NCBI GenBank assembly: GCA_965226885.1 | Contig: CBDDEL010000017.1 | Coordinates: 288,001-352,000 of the forward strand | Reading direction: 5' to 3' | Origin: Opitutales bacterium | Lineage (GTDB): Bacteria; Verrucomicrobiota; Verrucomicrobiia; Opitutales; UBA2987 | DNA: 64,000 nucleotides | In this document: positions 1-9,165 of the stretch, in pieces | Position numbering within the stretch: position 1 is the first letter of the stretch | How the letters are laid out: each line of letters opens with the position of its first letter | Program-made: the position numbers and the translations under genes | Notes under the pieces: generated by a model | The model's input: only the letters and a program-made list of their open reading frames with translations | Told to the model about the DNA's origin: nothing | Databases searched by the model: none

Positions 1-282
1 GGTAGGTATCTCCTTCAGGGCGCTGTCTACCCGAATGATTCTTTTACGCTGCAATCGCACGATGTCATCACCAAATGCCTGACCTTGCTTGGATTGCACA
101 ATTACGAACCAAGACACCTTGGGATGGCTCTCGATCTGGTATATAAAAACCAGCAGAAGCATCCTTTTTTTGAACTGGCGGGACCGCGATTTCCTCTCAC
201 CGCGGATGGGGTGACCGAGGCTATGGGCGCTTTGCACCGAAAAGAGGGAATCCGGCCCATCGTGGAGCCCTGCGCTCAGTAA
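1..282 (+). CDS. 3' part of zinc-binding alcohol dehydrogenase, phosphonate-catabolism-associated (HpnZ/TIGR03366-like); starts before window
   Basis: Frame 1 is open from base 1 (GRYLLQGAVYPND...CLTLLGLHNYEPRHL); G-x-HNYEPRHL is typical of this MDR subfamily; lies upstream of phnX-like and phnA genes. Confidence 0.7.
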   Translation, partial: GRYLLQGAVYPNDSFTLQSHDVITKCLTLLGLHNYEPRHLGMALDLVYKNQQKHPFFELAGPRFPLTADGVTEAMGALHRKEGIRPIVEPCAQ

Positions 283-320
283 CTCTAATGATTTAGAAAA
301 ATGTAACCCAGGAGGCGGAT

Positions 321-1196
321 ATGCCATTAGTGAGCATAAATCGGATATTGGCTGAGGCAGCCGAAGAAGGCTATGCGGTAGGTGCCTTTAACCCCGTTGA
401 CTATGCTTCAATGAAAGCGATCGTGCACGCTGCGGAGGAAGAAAATGCTCCTGTCATTGTGCAAATATCAGCCAAAACGGTGCGCTATTATGGGCATGAG
501 ACATTGGCCATGTGGATGCGGGAATTGGCAGAAAAATCCACTATCCCGGTAGTGCTTCATCTTGACCACGGGAAGGAACTGGAGATGATCCGGCGCTGCA
601 TTGAAACCGGGTGGACCTCTGTCATGATCGATGCCTCGCACCTACCCTTCGAGCAAAATCTTGCCATGTCCAGAGAAGTTGTAGAAATGGCCCCAGCGGC
701 TGGTGTGGGCGTAGAGGCGGAATTGGGAGAAATCGTAGGGGTCGAAGAAGAAATTTCAGTTAACGAGGAGGACGCCCATTTGGCCGACCCGGACAAGGCG
801 GAGATTTTTTGCCGGGAACTTGAATTGGGTGTTTTCGCCCCGGCTATCGGCACCGCTCATGGGATCTATAAGGGAACGCCCAAAGTCGCTTTCGATTTGA
901 TCGAGGAGGTCTACCGCCGCACAGCCACTCCCCTTGCCCTCCATGGGGGCACCGGATTGTCCGACGATATTATTCAGCGCTGTATCCGTTCAGGTTGCGC
1001 CAAGGTAAATATTTCTACTCAATTAAAGCACGCGTTTGTCGACGGGTTTTCCGATTATCACAAGGCTAATCCCGATGACTACGAACCGTTAAAAGTGCTG
1101 GAGGCTCAATTTGAATTTATGAAACAGTTTTTGCGGAAAAAAATCCGTCAATTCGGCGGATCGGGAAAGGGTCGGGAATTAACCGCTGTAATGTGA
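321..1196 (+). CDS. class II fructose/tagatose-bisphosphate aldolase family protein
   Basis: HLDHG, SVMIDAS, VEAELG, GTAHG, LHGGTG and KVNI motifs; GGAGG RBS. Confidence 0.93.
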   Translation: MPLVSINRILAEAAEEGYAVGAFNPVDYASMKAIVHAAEEENAPVIVQISAKTVRYYGHETLAMWMRELAEKSTIPVVLHLDHGKELEMIRRCIETGWTSVMIDASHLPFEQNLAMSREVVEMAPAAGVGVEAELGEIVGVEEEISVNEEDAHLADPDKAEIFCRELELGVFAPAIGTAHGIYKGTPKVAFDLIEEVYRRTATPLALHGGTGLSDDIIQRCIRSGCAKVNISTQLKHAFVDGFSDYHKANPDDYEPLKVLEAQFEFMKQFLRKKIRQFGGSGKGRELTAVM

Positions 1197-1939
1197 AAGC
1201 ATTAATCTTTGATTGTGACGGTGTGCTCGTCGATACCGAGCGGGATGGACATCGCAGGGCCTTTAATCGCGCATTTGCCCGAAAAGGGCTGGAGGCAAAA
1301 TGGAGTGTCGATGTTTATGGTCAACTATTGGCCATAGCGGGCGGCAAGGAACGCATGCGGCATTACTTCGATCATGCCGGTTGGCCGCCGGGGCTAAAGG
1401 ATCGCGAATCTTTCATAAAGGAGATGCATGCGCTTAAAACGGACTTCTTCATGAAAATCATCAAAGCGGGAGAACTGCCCTTGCGCAGCGGGGTTGCCCG
1501 ATTGATTGACGAAGCCATAGAGGCCGGCATTAAAATGGCAGTATGTTCCACCTCCCATGAGCGCTCCGTAAATCTGATTGTGGAGAAGTTGCTCGGTCCG
1601 CATAGACAAGCGAAATTCGAGGCCATTCTGGCCGGAGATGTCGTTACCCAAAAGAAACCAAACCCGGAGATTTACCTGCTTGCCCTGCGGAAACTCGGCA
1701 TAAAGGCAGATCAATGCGTTGTCATAGAAGACAATCGAAATGGTCTTCTGGCGGCCAAAGCCGCCGGCATACAATGTCTCGTAACCACCAGCGCCTACAG
1801 CATGGGAGAAGATTTTTCAGAGGCTGATAAGGTGATTGAGGAATTGGGCGATCCTCCGGGAAACTATGTCCGCCTTTCCGATTTAATGTTGATTAACGGA
1901 AACGACCAAGATCAAATTTCAACCGTTCGCTCAAGATGA
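1193..1939 (+). CDS. CbbY-like HAD-IA phosphatase
   Basis: FDCDGVLVDTERDGHR, GGKERM, KKPNPEIY and IED motifs; 4-bp overlap with the aldolase. Confidence 0.9.
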   Translation: MKALIFDCDGVLVDTERDGHRRAFNRAFARKGLEAKWSVDVYGQLLAIAGGKERMRHYFDHAGWPPGLKDRESFIKEMHALKTDFFMKIIKAGELPLRSGVARLIDEAIEAGIKMAVCSTSHERSVNLIVEKLLGPHRQAKFEAILAGDVVTQKKPNPEIYLLALRKLGIKADQCVVIEDNRNGLLAAKAAGIQCLVTTSAYSMGEDFSEADKVIEELGDPPGNYVRLSDLMLINGNDQDQISTVRSR

Positions 1940-1955
1940 CAGGCATTGGATTGAA

Positions 1956-3293
1956 TTGTTAATGATGCAGAACCCGGAGAAAGAGGCCGCCAAAGACCCG
2001 CGCTACCAGCGCTGGCGGGCTATAACATTCGGCATTACCTGGTTGGCTTACGTTGGATTTTATTTTACCCGGAAATCTTTCCCGGTGGCCAAGATCGGCA
2101 TCCTGGAAGATCCTACAATCGAGATCACGAAGGCATCGTTGGGTTGGATTGATGGGCTCTACGGAGTTGCCTATGCTCTCGGGCAATTCATCTGGGGAAT
2201 GTGCGGAGACAAGTTCGGACCCCGCACAGTGGTCCTCACCGGCATGTTTTTTTCCGTAATAGTTGCAGTGGCCATGGGAATGTCCTCCACCGTGATTCTG
2301 TTCGGGGCGCTCTTTTTTTGCCAGGGCCTTTGTCAATCCACCGGGTGGGCGCCCCTGACCAAGAATGTCAGCTATTGGTTTTCCAGAAAAGAGCGGGGCC
2401 GAACTTATGGGTTTTGGGCCACCAACTATGCCATTGGGGGAATGCTGGCCAGTGCCTTCGCCGGTTCTATGGCCCTGGTTTTTTTGAATTGGCGCTTCGC
2501 TTTTTTCATGCCGGCAATTGTTCTGGCCGTTATTTGGTTGCTGTTTCTGCTTTTGCAGAAAAACCGGCCTGAGGATATCGGCCTCCCCTCCATTGAGGAT
2601 TACCACGGAGAAACAGTTGACGTTTTAGCCAAGGATGAAACGCCGGAAGATGAACCTGAAGGTTCCTGGAAGGTGATTGGTGAAGTATTCAGGAACCCGG
2701 TCATTCTTTCTCTCGGCGCAGTATATTTTTTTCTTAAGCCGACCCGTTATGCCATCCTTTTCTGGGGACCCCTCATCATAAACGATAAGTTGGGAACCAA
2801 TATCGGTGAATCGGCCATTATCAGCGCAGCATTTGAAGCGGCAGGTCCTTTAGGTGTCATCTTTGCCGGTTATGCGACGGACAAATGGTTTCATTCGCGC
2901 CGCATCCCAATAACCGTTATGGGATTATCAATTCTAGCGATCATCCTCTTTCTCTTCAACGGCCTGACGGAGGATGGAGGAAAGGGAACCATGGTTTTGC
3001 TACTCTTTGCCATGGGTTTTTTCCTATTCGGCCCGGATGCCATGATCTCATCGGCTTCGGCGGTGGACTTTGGAACGAAAAAGGGCGCCGCATCCTCGGC
3101 CGGATTGATTAATGGGATGGGTTCAACGGGGCAGATCCTGGGCTTGTCTTTACCCGGCATCATCTGGGCTCATTACGGGTGGGGAGTGCTCTTTAATTGC
3201 CTGGGAGCGTTTGTTCTGCTAGCGATTCTTCTCCTACTGCCAATGTGGAATGCATTGCCTGCAACTGTGAAAAAAGAAACTGATTCCAGGTGA
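1956..3293 (+). CDS. MFS transporter, organophosphate:Pi antiporter (GlpT/UhpT-like) family
   Basis: About 12 hydrophobic segments; YFTRK, WFSRKERG and GLINGMG motifs; start may be 1962 or 1965. Confidence 0.88.
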   Translation: MLMMQNPEKEAAKDPRYQRWRAITFGITWLAYVGFYFTRKSFPVAKIGILEDPTIEITKASLGWIDGLYGVAYALGQFIWGMCGDKFGPRTVVLTGMFFSVIVAVAMGMSSTVILFGALFFCQGLCQSTGWAPLTKNVSYWFSRKERGRTYGFWATNYAIGGMLASAFAGSMALVFLNWRFAFFMPAIVLAVIWLLFLLLQKNRPEDIGLPSIEDYHGETVDVLAKDETPEDEPEGSWKVIGEVFRNPVILSLGAVYFFLKPTRYAILFWGPLIINDKLGTNIGESAIISAAFEAAGPLGVIFAGYATDKWFHSRRIPITVMGLSILAIILFLFNGLTEDGGKGTMVLLLFAMGFFLFGPDAMISSASAVDFGTKKGAASSAGLINGMGSTGQILGLSLPGIIWAHYGWGVLFNCLGAFVLLAILLLLPMWNALPATVKKETDSR

Positions 3294-3766
3294 TTCAGCA
3301 CAATAACATGAAATTAAGGAAAGAAAAAATATGAGTAAAATCAGTATGGTCATGTTCGATCTCTCAGGGACCACTGTGTATGATGACACGGGCGTTCGGG
3401 ACTGCCTCTACAAAGCGGCCGTGGAGTTCAACCTGCAAACGACACCCGATGAGATACTCCTGCATATGGGCACCAACAAAATCCACCTCTATCAGTTTCT
3501 CATCGCCCGGTCACAAGGAAAGAAGGTCGAAATTGAAGATTTTGAAAAAACGATCTACCCGGAAACCCTGGATGAAGCCATGAAGGTCTTCCACCGTTAT
3601 TCGGAGATCATGGTCAACCATTACCGCAATGAAGTTCGCGAAATAGAGGGATCTGCAGACACCTTCCGGTGGTGTCATGATAACGGCATAAAAGTAGCCA
3701 CTGAAATGGACGGGGAAAACTGGACAGTGGAATAAGGTGGTCTTGAACCACTAAATCCGCTAACCT

Positions 3767-4072
3767 ATGAATGTTATTAAATCACGAAAGAGAAGACAAT
3801 ACAGTGCTGAGTTTAAAGCCCGAGTGGCCCTGGAAGCCATCAGGGGCGCTCATACCATCAACGAGATCGCCGGTCGTTTTGAGGTGCATCCCAACCAGGT
3901 GACCCAATGGAAGAAGCAGCTTTTGCAGGGAGCAACGGAGCTGTTTTCGCGCCAGCGGCAGACTCTCAGCAAGGACAACGAGACGGAAAAAGATCACCTT
4001 TACCAGGAGATTGGAAAGCTGAAAGTAGAATGCGATTGGCTAAAAAAAAAGTCTGAACAATTCGGTTGGTGA
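3767..4072 (+). CDS. IS3 transposase OrfA (HTH)
   Basis: RRQYSAEFKARVALEA...VHPNQVTQWKKQ. Confidence 0.9.
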   Translation: MNVIKSRKRRQYSAEFKARVALEAIRGAHTINEIAGRFEVHPNQVTQWKKQLLQGATELFSRQRQTLSKDNETEKDHLYQEIGKLKVECDWLKKKSEQFGW

Positions 4073-4082
4073 GAGGCGCAAG

Positions 4083-4946
4083 ATGGTGCAACCACTTCAA
4101 GGAAAAATCAGTATCGGCAGGCAATGTCAGTTGCTGGGGCTGGCCCGCGGCAGCTATTACTATCGGGCCCGTGCCCAGTGCGAGCAGAACGTTCTCTACA
4201 TGCATCGCATGGATGAGCTCTACACCCAATATCCGTTTTTTGGTTCTCGCCGGATGACCCAGTGGCTGCGTCGAGAGGGCCATGCAGTGGGACGAGGCCG
4301 CATCCAGCGGCTCATGCGCCAAATGGGCCTGGAGGCTATTTATCCGCGTCGAAACTTGAGCCAGGGGCACCGGCAGCACCGCATTTTCCCTTATCTGCTG
4401 CGGGGTTTGGCGGTCGAGCGGCCCGACCAGGTATGGTGCAGCGACATCACTTACCTGCGGCTGAGCCGAGGATTCCTTTTCTTGACCGTGGTGTTGGACT
4501 GGTTCAGCCGCTACGTGTTGAGCTGGCAGCTTTCCAACACCCTGGAGAGCCGCTTCTGTGTGCTCGCCCTGGAGGAAGCTCTGAGGCGGGCCCAACCTCA
4601 AATCTTCAACACCGATCAAGGCAGCCAGTTTACCGGCAGCGAGTTCACCTCGGTGCTGGGGCAAGCCGGGGTGCGCATCAGCATGGACGGGCGTGGCCGC
4701 TACCTGGACAACATATTTGTTGAACGCTTTTGGAGAACCCTCAAGTATGAAGACATTTACCTGCGCGAATACGCCACGGCAAAGGAAGCCAGCGAAGGGA
4801 TAGCCCGCTACCTGGACTTCTACAACCACCTGCGCCCCCACCAAGCCCTGGGCTACCGGACCCCGGCCGAAGTCCATGCAATCGGAGCAAAACCAACCTC
4901 CCCGCCAATACAGCTTGCGGGCACCTGCGTGCCCGTCTTTGGCTAA
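4083..4946 (+). CDS. IS3 transposase OrfB (DDE/rve)
   Basis: WCSDITY, NTDQGSQF and DNIFVERFWRTLKYE motifs. Confidence 0.92.
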   Translation: MVQPLQGKISIGRQCQLLGLARGSYYYRARAQCEQNVLYMHRMDELYTQYPFFGSRRMTQWLRREGHAVGRGRIQRLMRQMGLEAIYPRRNLSQGHRQHRIFPYLLRGLAVERPDQVWCSDITYLRLSRGFLFLTVVLDWFSRYVLSWQLSNTLESRFCVLALEEALRRAQPQIFNTDQGSQFTGSEFTSVLGQAGVRISMDGRGRYLDNIFVERFWRTLKYEDIYLREYATAKEASEGIARYLDFYNHLRPHQALGYRTPAEVHAIGAKPTSPPIQLAGTCVPVFG

Positions 4947-5430
4947 GGACAAAATATATTTTTAAAAAATAATATGAACACGATTTCCACCTTAATCCCA
5001 CGTCAAAATTGTCCAAACAACCCCGTCCACTTCACACCGATACTGGCTTTCATCGCGATGTTACGGAGGCCATCATGGACGGACTCGGCTGGGTGCGCGA
5101 TGGTTTGGTGGATATCTCGGTCGATGTCGAGCATGCTCCCGGTGAGCGCGGGAGGCCGGCGCCCTTTATGATATACTACGCCATGATGCAATTGGATGTG
5201 CAGAGCGTCCATGAAGTGCTTAAAATAGGCGATACTCCGGCCGATATGCTGGAAGGTTACAACGCCGGATGCCGTGGCATAGTCGGAGTCCTCAGCGGCC
5301 CGCGGCCGGTGGAAGCTTTTGGAAAATGCCGTCACACCCATATAATACCCAGCGTAAGGGATCTGCCCGATCTAATCAATTCGGAGTTTTCCTAAAGCAA
5401 ATATTAATTCGTTCATTGAGAAACCATAAA

Positions 5431-6783
5431 ATGAAAATCCGTTATCTAATATTACTAACGATACCAGTTATACTTGGAGCCGAGCTTTTCTCTCAGAATT
5501 CGATCGGCTACACTCGTTTCATGCAGGGACCTATGGTGGGGGCCGTTGGGCCGAATGAAATTACCATCTGGGGCCGCCTCAATGGAACCTTTAGCGGGGA
5601 AATTGAATACGATACTTCAAAAGATTTCAGCCAATCGAAAAAACAGGCTCTTGCCGCCACCAAAGAAGAGGATTATACTTTAAGGTGGAAGCTGACTGGT
5701 TTAAAACCTGACACTCGTTATTATTATCGATTCAAGGTCGAGGGCGGGACTCCGAGATACCAACGCGGCCTGCCGCCTTTTTATACCAAGACCGCTCCGC
5801 CCGTGGGGAAAAAGGGGCACTTCAGCATCGCGTATGGTTCGTGCCCACGCTACCAACTGGACCGTACACAGGAGATTTGGACAACGGTTCTGCGGTTTCA
5901 ACCCGATCTGTTTTTCTGGATTGGCGATAATATTTATGGCGATTCGCAGGACCCGGAAATTCTGGCCGAGGAATGGCGCCGCCAGCGCGATGTCGCTACC
6001 CTTCAACCAGTCATTCATACCATCCCACAACTGGCAACCTGGGACGACCATGATTTCGGTCTCAACGATTATGACCGGCGGCATCCCCGCAAGGCCGATG
6101 CGCTCAAGGTATTCAAACGTTACTGGGCGAATCCGGCTTATGGCCTGCCGGGAACACCGGGCGTTTTTTTCAAATACACCTACGGCGGCATAGACTTCTT
6201 TTTTATCGACTGCCGCTACTATCGCGACCCCAATAAAGAACCGGACCATCCCGGCAAAACATTTCTCGGCCAAGAACAACGTGCCTGGCTTCAACAATCG
6301 CTTAAAAATAGTGCAACTCCTTTCAAAGTAATCATTTCGGGCAGCGGCTGGTCGAATGCCAAAGGACCGGGGGGAGATTCCTGGTCTTCCTATCTACATG
6401 AACGCGACGCCCTCTTCGATTTCATTCGAGACAGCCAAATAAGCGGGGTAATACTGCTTTCCGGAGATACCCATAAAGGTGAGCTCAATGCCATACCTTG
6501 GTCGGAAAAGGGTGGTTACGATTTCTACGATCTGGTCAGTTCGCCCCTCGGCCAGACACCGGGACAGGCCAATCCTAACCGCAAACCGGAAATACGCATT
6601 CGACCAGTTTTTACCCGGGAGGATAATTTCGGTCTGTTGGAGTTTGATTTAACCGGTGAGCCGGTGCTTCGTTTCAATCTCATCGGGACAAGCGGAAGAG
6701 TAGCTTGGAGACCGTTTGTTATCCGGGCCAACGAACTGGTCAATGGAGTTGTCTCCTGGAAAGATAAAATCTCAAGATATTAA
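5431..6783 (+). CDS. alkaline phosphatase D (PhoD) family metallophosphoesterase, exported
   Basis: GSC, GDNIYGD, WDDHDFG, DCRYYR and SGDTH motifs; signal-peptide-like start at ATG 5431. Confidence 0.88.
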   Translation: MKIRYLILLTIPVILGAELFSQNSIGYTRFMQGPMVGAVGPNEITIWGRLNGTFSGEIEYDTSKDFSQSKKQALAATKEEDYTLRWKLTGLKPDTRYYYRFKVEGGTPRYQRGLPPFYTKTAPPVGKKGHFSIAYGSCPRYQLDRTQEIWTTVLRFQPDLFFWIGDNIYGDSQDPEILAEEWRRQRDVATLQPVIHTIPQLATWDDHDFGLNDYDRRHPRKADALKVFKRYWANPAYGLPGTPGVFFKYTYGGIDFFFIDCRYYRDPNKEPDHPGKTFLGQEQRAWLQQSLKNSATPFKVIISGSGWSNAKGPGGDSWSSYLHERDALFDFIRDSQISGVILLSGDTHKGELNAIPWSEKGGYDFYDLVSSPLGQTPGQANPNRKPEIRIRPVFTREDNFGLLEFDLTGEPVLRFNLIGTSGRVAWRPFVIRANELVNGVVSWKDKISRY

Positions 6784-6843
6784 ATGGCTCGCCTTCACTT
6801 TTGGCAGGAACCTTATTGGGAGCGTATCCAATAAATATAGCTT

Positions 6844-8103
6844 GTGACTGTAAATTCTCCGTCCACTCAATCTTTCACTGTAAACGAGCGGGATTACCAG
6901 CCGCCGGCCTGTCCCTTGGCCGTTATATGCATCGATGGATGCGCGGATGATTACCTGAACGTCTCTATCGAACGCGGTTGCATGCCCCATGTTGCAAGAA
7001 TGATTGCTCAGGGTTTTCGGCGATTGGCAAGAGGCGCGCTGCCTTCATTTACGAATGTTAACAACGCTTGCATCGTCACGGGCGTTCCACCTTCGATGAC
7101 CGGCATATGCGGTAATTTTTTTCTCAATCCGGAAACAGGTAAGGAAGAAATGATGAATTCGGCCGCTTATCTGCGATGCGAAACCATTCTTGCCGCAGCC
7201 GCCCGCAGCGGACGCAAAGTGGCCATGGTTACGGCCAAAGAAAAACTATTATCCCTGCTCGGAAAAAATCTCGAAGGAATAGCCTTTTCGGCGGAGAAAG
7301 CCCATGAGGCCACCGAATCTACCCACGGAATCGGGGACCTGGAACGCAGGGTGGGATTCCCCACTCCCAATATTTACAGCGCGGAGGCAAGCCTCTATGT
7401 TTTACGAGCAGGAGTTGCCTTGGTGAAAGAGGGCAAAGCAGATTTTCTCTACCTTTCCCTGACCGATTTTATGCAGCACAAATATGAGCCCGCCCATCCA
7501 GCCTCTCTTGATTTTTATAAATCGATAGATGTCGAAATCGGGAAGCTTCTCGATCTCGGAGTTTTGTTGGGAGCGACCGCAGACCACGGGATGAACGCAA
7601 AACAAAACGCGGATGGCACACCCAACGTTATTTATCTGGAAACCATTTTGCGGGAAAAATTCGGGGAGGGCATTCGAGTGATCTGTCCCATTACCGATCC
7701 CTATGTGCGGCATCACGCTGCCTTGGGCTCCTATGTGGAAGTCTATTTACCACCCGCGGTTTCTGCGCACAAGGCGGCAAAAGCCATACAGCTTATCATA
7801 CAGCTTATAAAAGGGGTAACGGAAGTTTACGACCGCCCGGCCGCCGCTGAATCTCTACAACTGCCAGCGGATCGGATCGGGGATCTGGTAGTCCTGGCAG
7901 CCAAAAACACGGTGTTGGGCCGAAAACCTGTCGATCATGATCTATCTCATGTCAAGGAAGGTCTCAGAACGCATGGGGGCAGATTTGAGGAAATGGTCCC
8001 ACTCCTATTGTCGAAGCCTCTGCAAATACCTGCACAAAAACGTTTTTCAACTGGAGGTATTAGAAACTTCGATATTTTTGAAATGGCCTGCAACTGCCAT
8101 TGA
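6844..8103 (+). CDS. phnA: phosphonoacetate hydrolase
   Basis: FTVNERDY, ICIDG, PSFTNVNN, LSLTDFMQH, ADHGMN, PITDPYVRHH and LRTHGG motifs. Confidence 0.9.
   Translation: MTVNSPSTQSFTVNERDYQPPACPLAVICIDGCADDYLNVSIERGCMPHVARMIAQGFRRLARGALPSFTNVNNACIVTGVPPSMTGICGNFFLNPETGKEEMMNSAAYLRCETILAAAARSGRKVAMVTAKEKLLSLLGKNLEGIAFSAEKAHEATESTHGIGDLERRVGFPTPNIYSAEASLYVLRAGVALVKEGKADFLYLSLTDFMQHKYEPAHPASLDFYKSIDVEIGKLLDLGVLLGATADHGMNAKQNADGTPNVIYLETILREKFGEGIRVICPITDPYVRHHAALGSYVEVYLPPAVSAHKAAKAIQLIIQLIKGVTEVYDRPAAAESLQLPADRIGDLVVLAAKNTVLGRKPVDHDLSHVKEGLRTHGGRFEEMVPLLLSKPLQIPAQKRFSTGGIRNFDIFEMACNCH
7785..7808. repeat. 12-bp tandem duplication in phnA (in frame)
   Basis: catacagcttat x2, giving IQLI-IQLI. 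Confidence 0.9.
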
Positions 8104-8169
8104 AAATGACGGGGGCTTTCAGGCAAAAATTGACAGGCTTGGACTTTTATTTAATAGAACAAGCTGTAG

Positions 8170-9165
8170 ATGAATATTCCCGATCAGGAGAAGTTCAATG
8201 TTGAACTTATTAACGAGAGGAAGCTGGAAGTTACACCTGGCGAAACCCTGCTGGAGGCGTCACTCAAGGCTGGAATTGACTACCTTCATGCTTGCGGCGG
8301 CCAGGCAAAATGTTCCACTTGCCGGATCCTGGTGCAAAAAGGGGAGGAATTTCTTACACCTCCCACCGAAGCGGAAAAAGCGCTGGCCGCCCGCCAAAAA
8401 TTTCCCCCGGAAATTCGCCTTGCCTGCCAGGTAAAAGTTAAGGGCGGCCCCATCCGGGTCCATCGCCTCGTGCGCGATAAACTTGATCTCGACCTGATGT
8501 GCTGCCAGGAAGCTGTTTCCTCGGCCAAAAGTCTTGGGTGCGAAAAGGAGTTGGCTCTGATTTTCCTCGATATTCGTGATTTTACACCTTTTGCCCAAAC
8601 CCGCCTGCCTTTCGATGTAATTCATATCCTCAATCGGTTTCACCGCATGGCGCAAAACACTATCGAGCAAAAGAACGGCTCGGTGGTCGAGGTGGCCGGT
8701 GACGGGCTCTACGCCGCTTTCGGCCTGGAATGCCCATTATGCAATGCAGTCGCGGATGGCGTCCAGGCAGGACATGCGGTATTGAAAAACATAGAAACTT
8801 TCAATGAAACTTACCTGAAGCCCTATTTCGACCACCGGTTGCGGATTGGCATAGGCATTCACACTGGCAAGGTCATTTATGGGCAGCTCGGAATCGGTGT
8901 AGGAGGTGCCGCCAGTGTCATCGGCTATCCGGTAAACCTCGCCGCTCGTGTCGAGGCGGCCACCAAATCCCTCAATAACGACTTCCTGTTAACCGAAGCG
9001 GCATTTGTAACACTGCCCGAACCTCGACCCAAAACTATCTATAAAACCGTCAAATTGAAAGGCGTCACCGATCCGGTTGTTTTACACCTTTTAGGCAATC
9101 CTTATGAACTCGAAAGTAAAAGAAAAAGTGGAAAAACCGAACATCCTGTACATTCTGGCGGATGA
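8170..9165 (+). CDS. 2Fe-2S ferredoxin-class III nucleotidyl cyclase fusion
   Basis: HACGGQAKCSTC...RLACQ; FLDIRDFT, GDG, GIGIHTG and VNLAARVE motifs. Confidence 0.9.
   Translation: MNIPDQEKFNVELINERKLEVTPGETLLEASLKAGIDYLHACGGQAKCSTCRILVQKGEEFLTPPTEAEKALAARQKFPPEIRLACQVKVKGGPIRVHRLVRDKLDLDLMCCQEAVSSAKSLGCEKELALIFLDIRDFTPFAQTRLPFDVIHILNRFHRMAQNTIEQKNGSVVEVAGDGLYAAFGLECPLCNAVADGVQAGHAVLKNIETFNETYLKPYFDHRLRIGIGIHTGKVIYGQLGIGVGGAASVIGYPVNLAARVEAATKSLNNDFLLTEAAFVTLPEPRPKTIYKTVKLKGVTDPVVLHLLGNPYELESKRKSGKTEHPVHSGG

Larger units (their letters stand above)
3702..5034 (+). mobile_element. IS3-family element type a (1333 bp)
   Basis: IRL tgaaatggacggggaaaactggaca / IRR tgtccaaacaaccccgtccacttca; 3-bp TSD cac; orfA/orfB with an A9 slippery run near 4042. 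Confidence 0.95.
3331..5395 (+). pseudogene. phosphonatase-like HAD hydrolase (PhnX-like/TIGR03351-like) interrupted by an IS3-family element
   Basis: FDLSGT motif I, cap MGTNK; removing 3702-5037 restores KVATDTGF...RGRPAP...KIGDT in a 242-aa ORF. Confidence 0.88.

Noticed and set aside
5269..5430. N-terminal extension of PhoD in the ORF track
   Set aside because: Overlaps the phnX-like 3' end; ATG 5431 starts a clean signal peptide.
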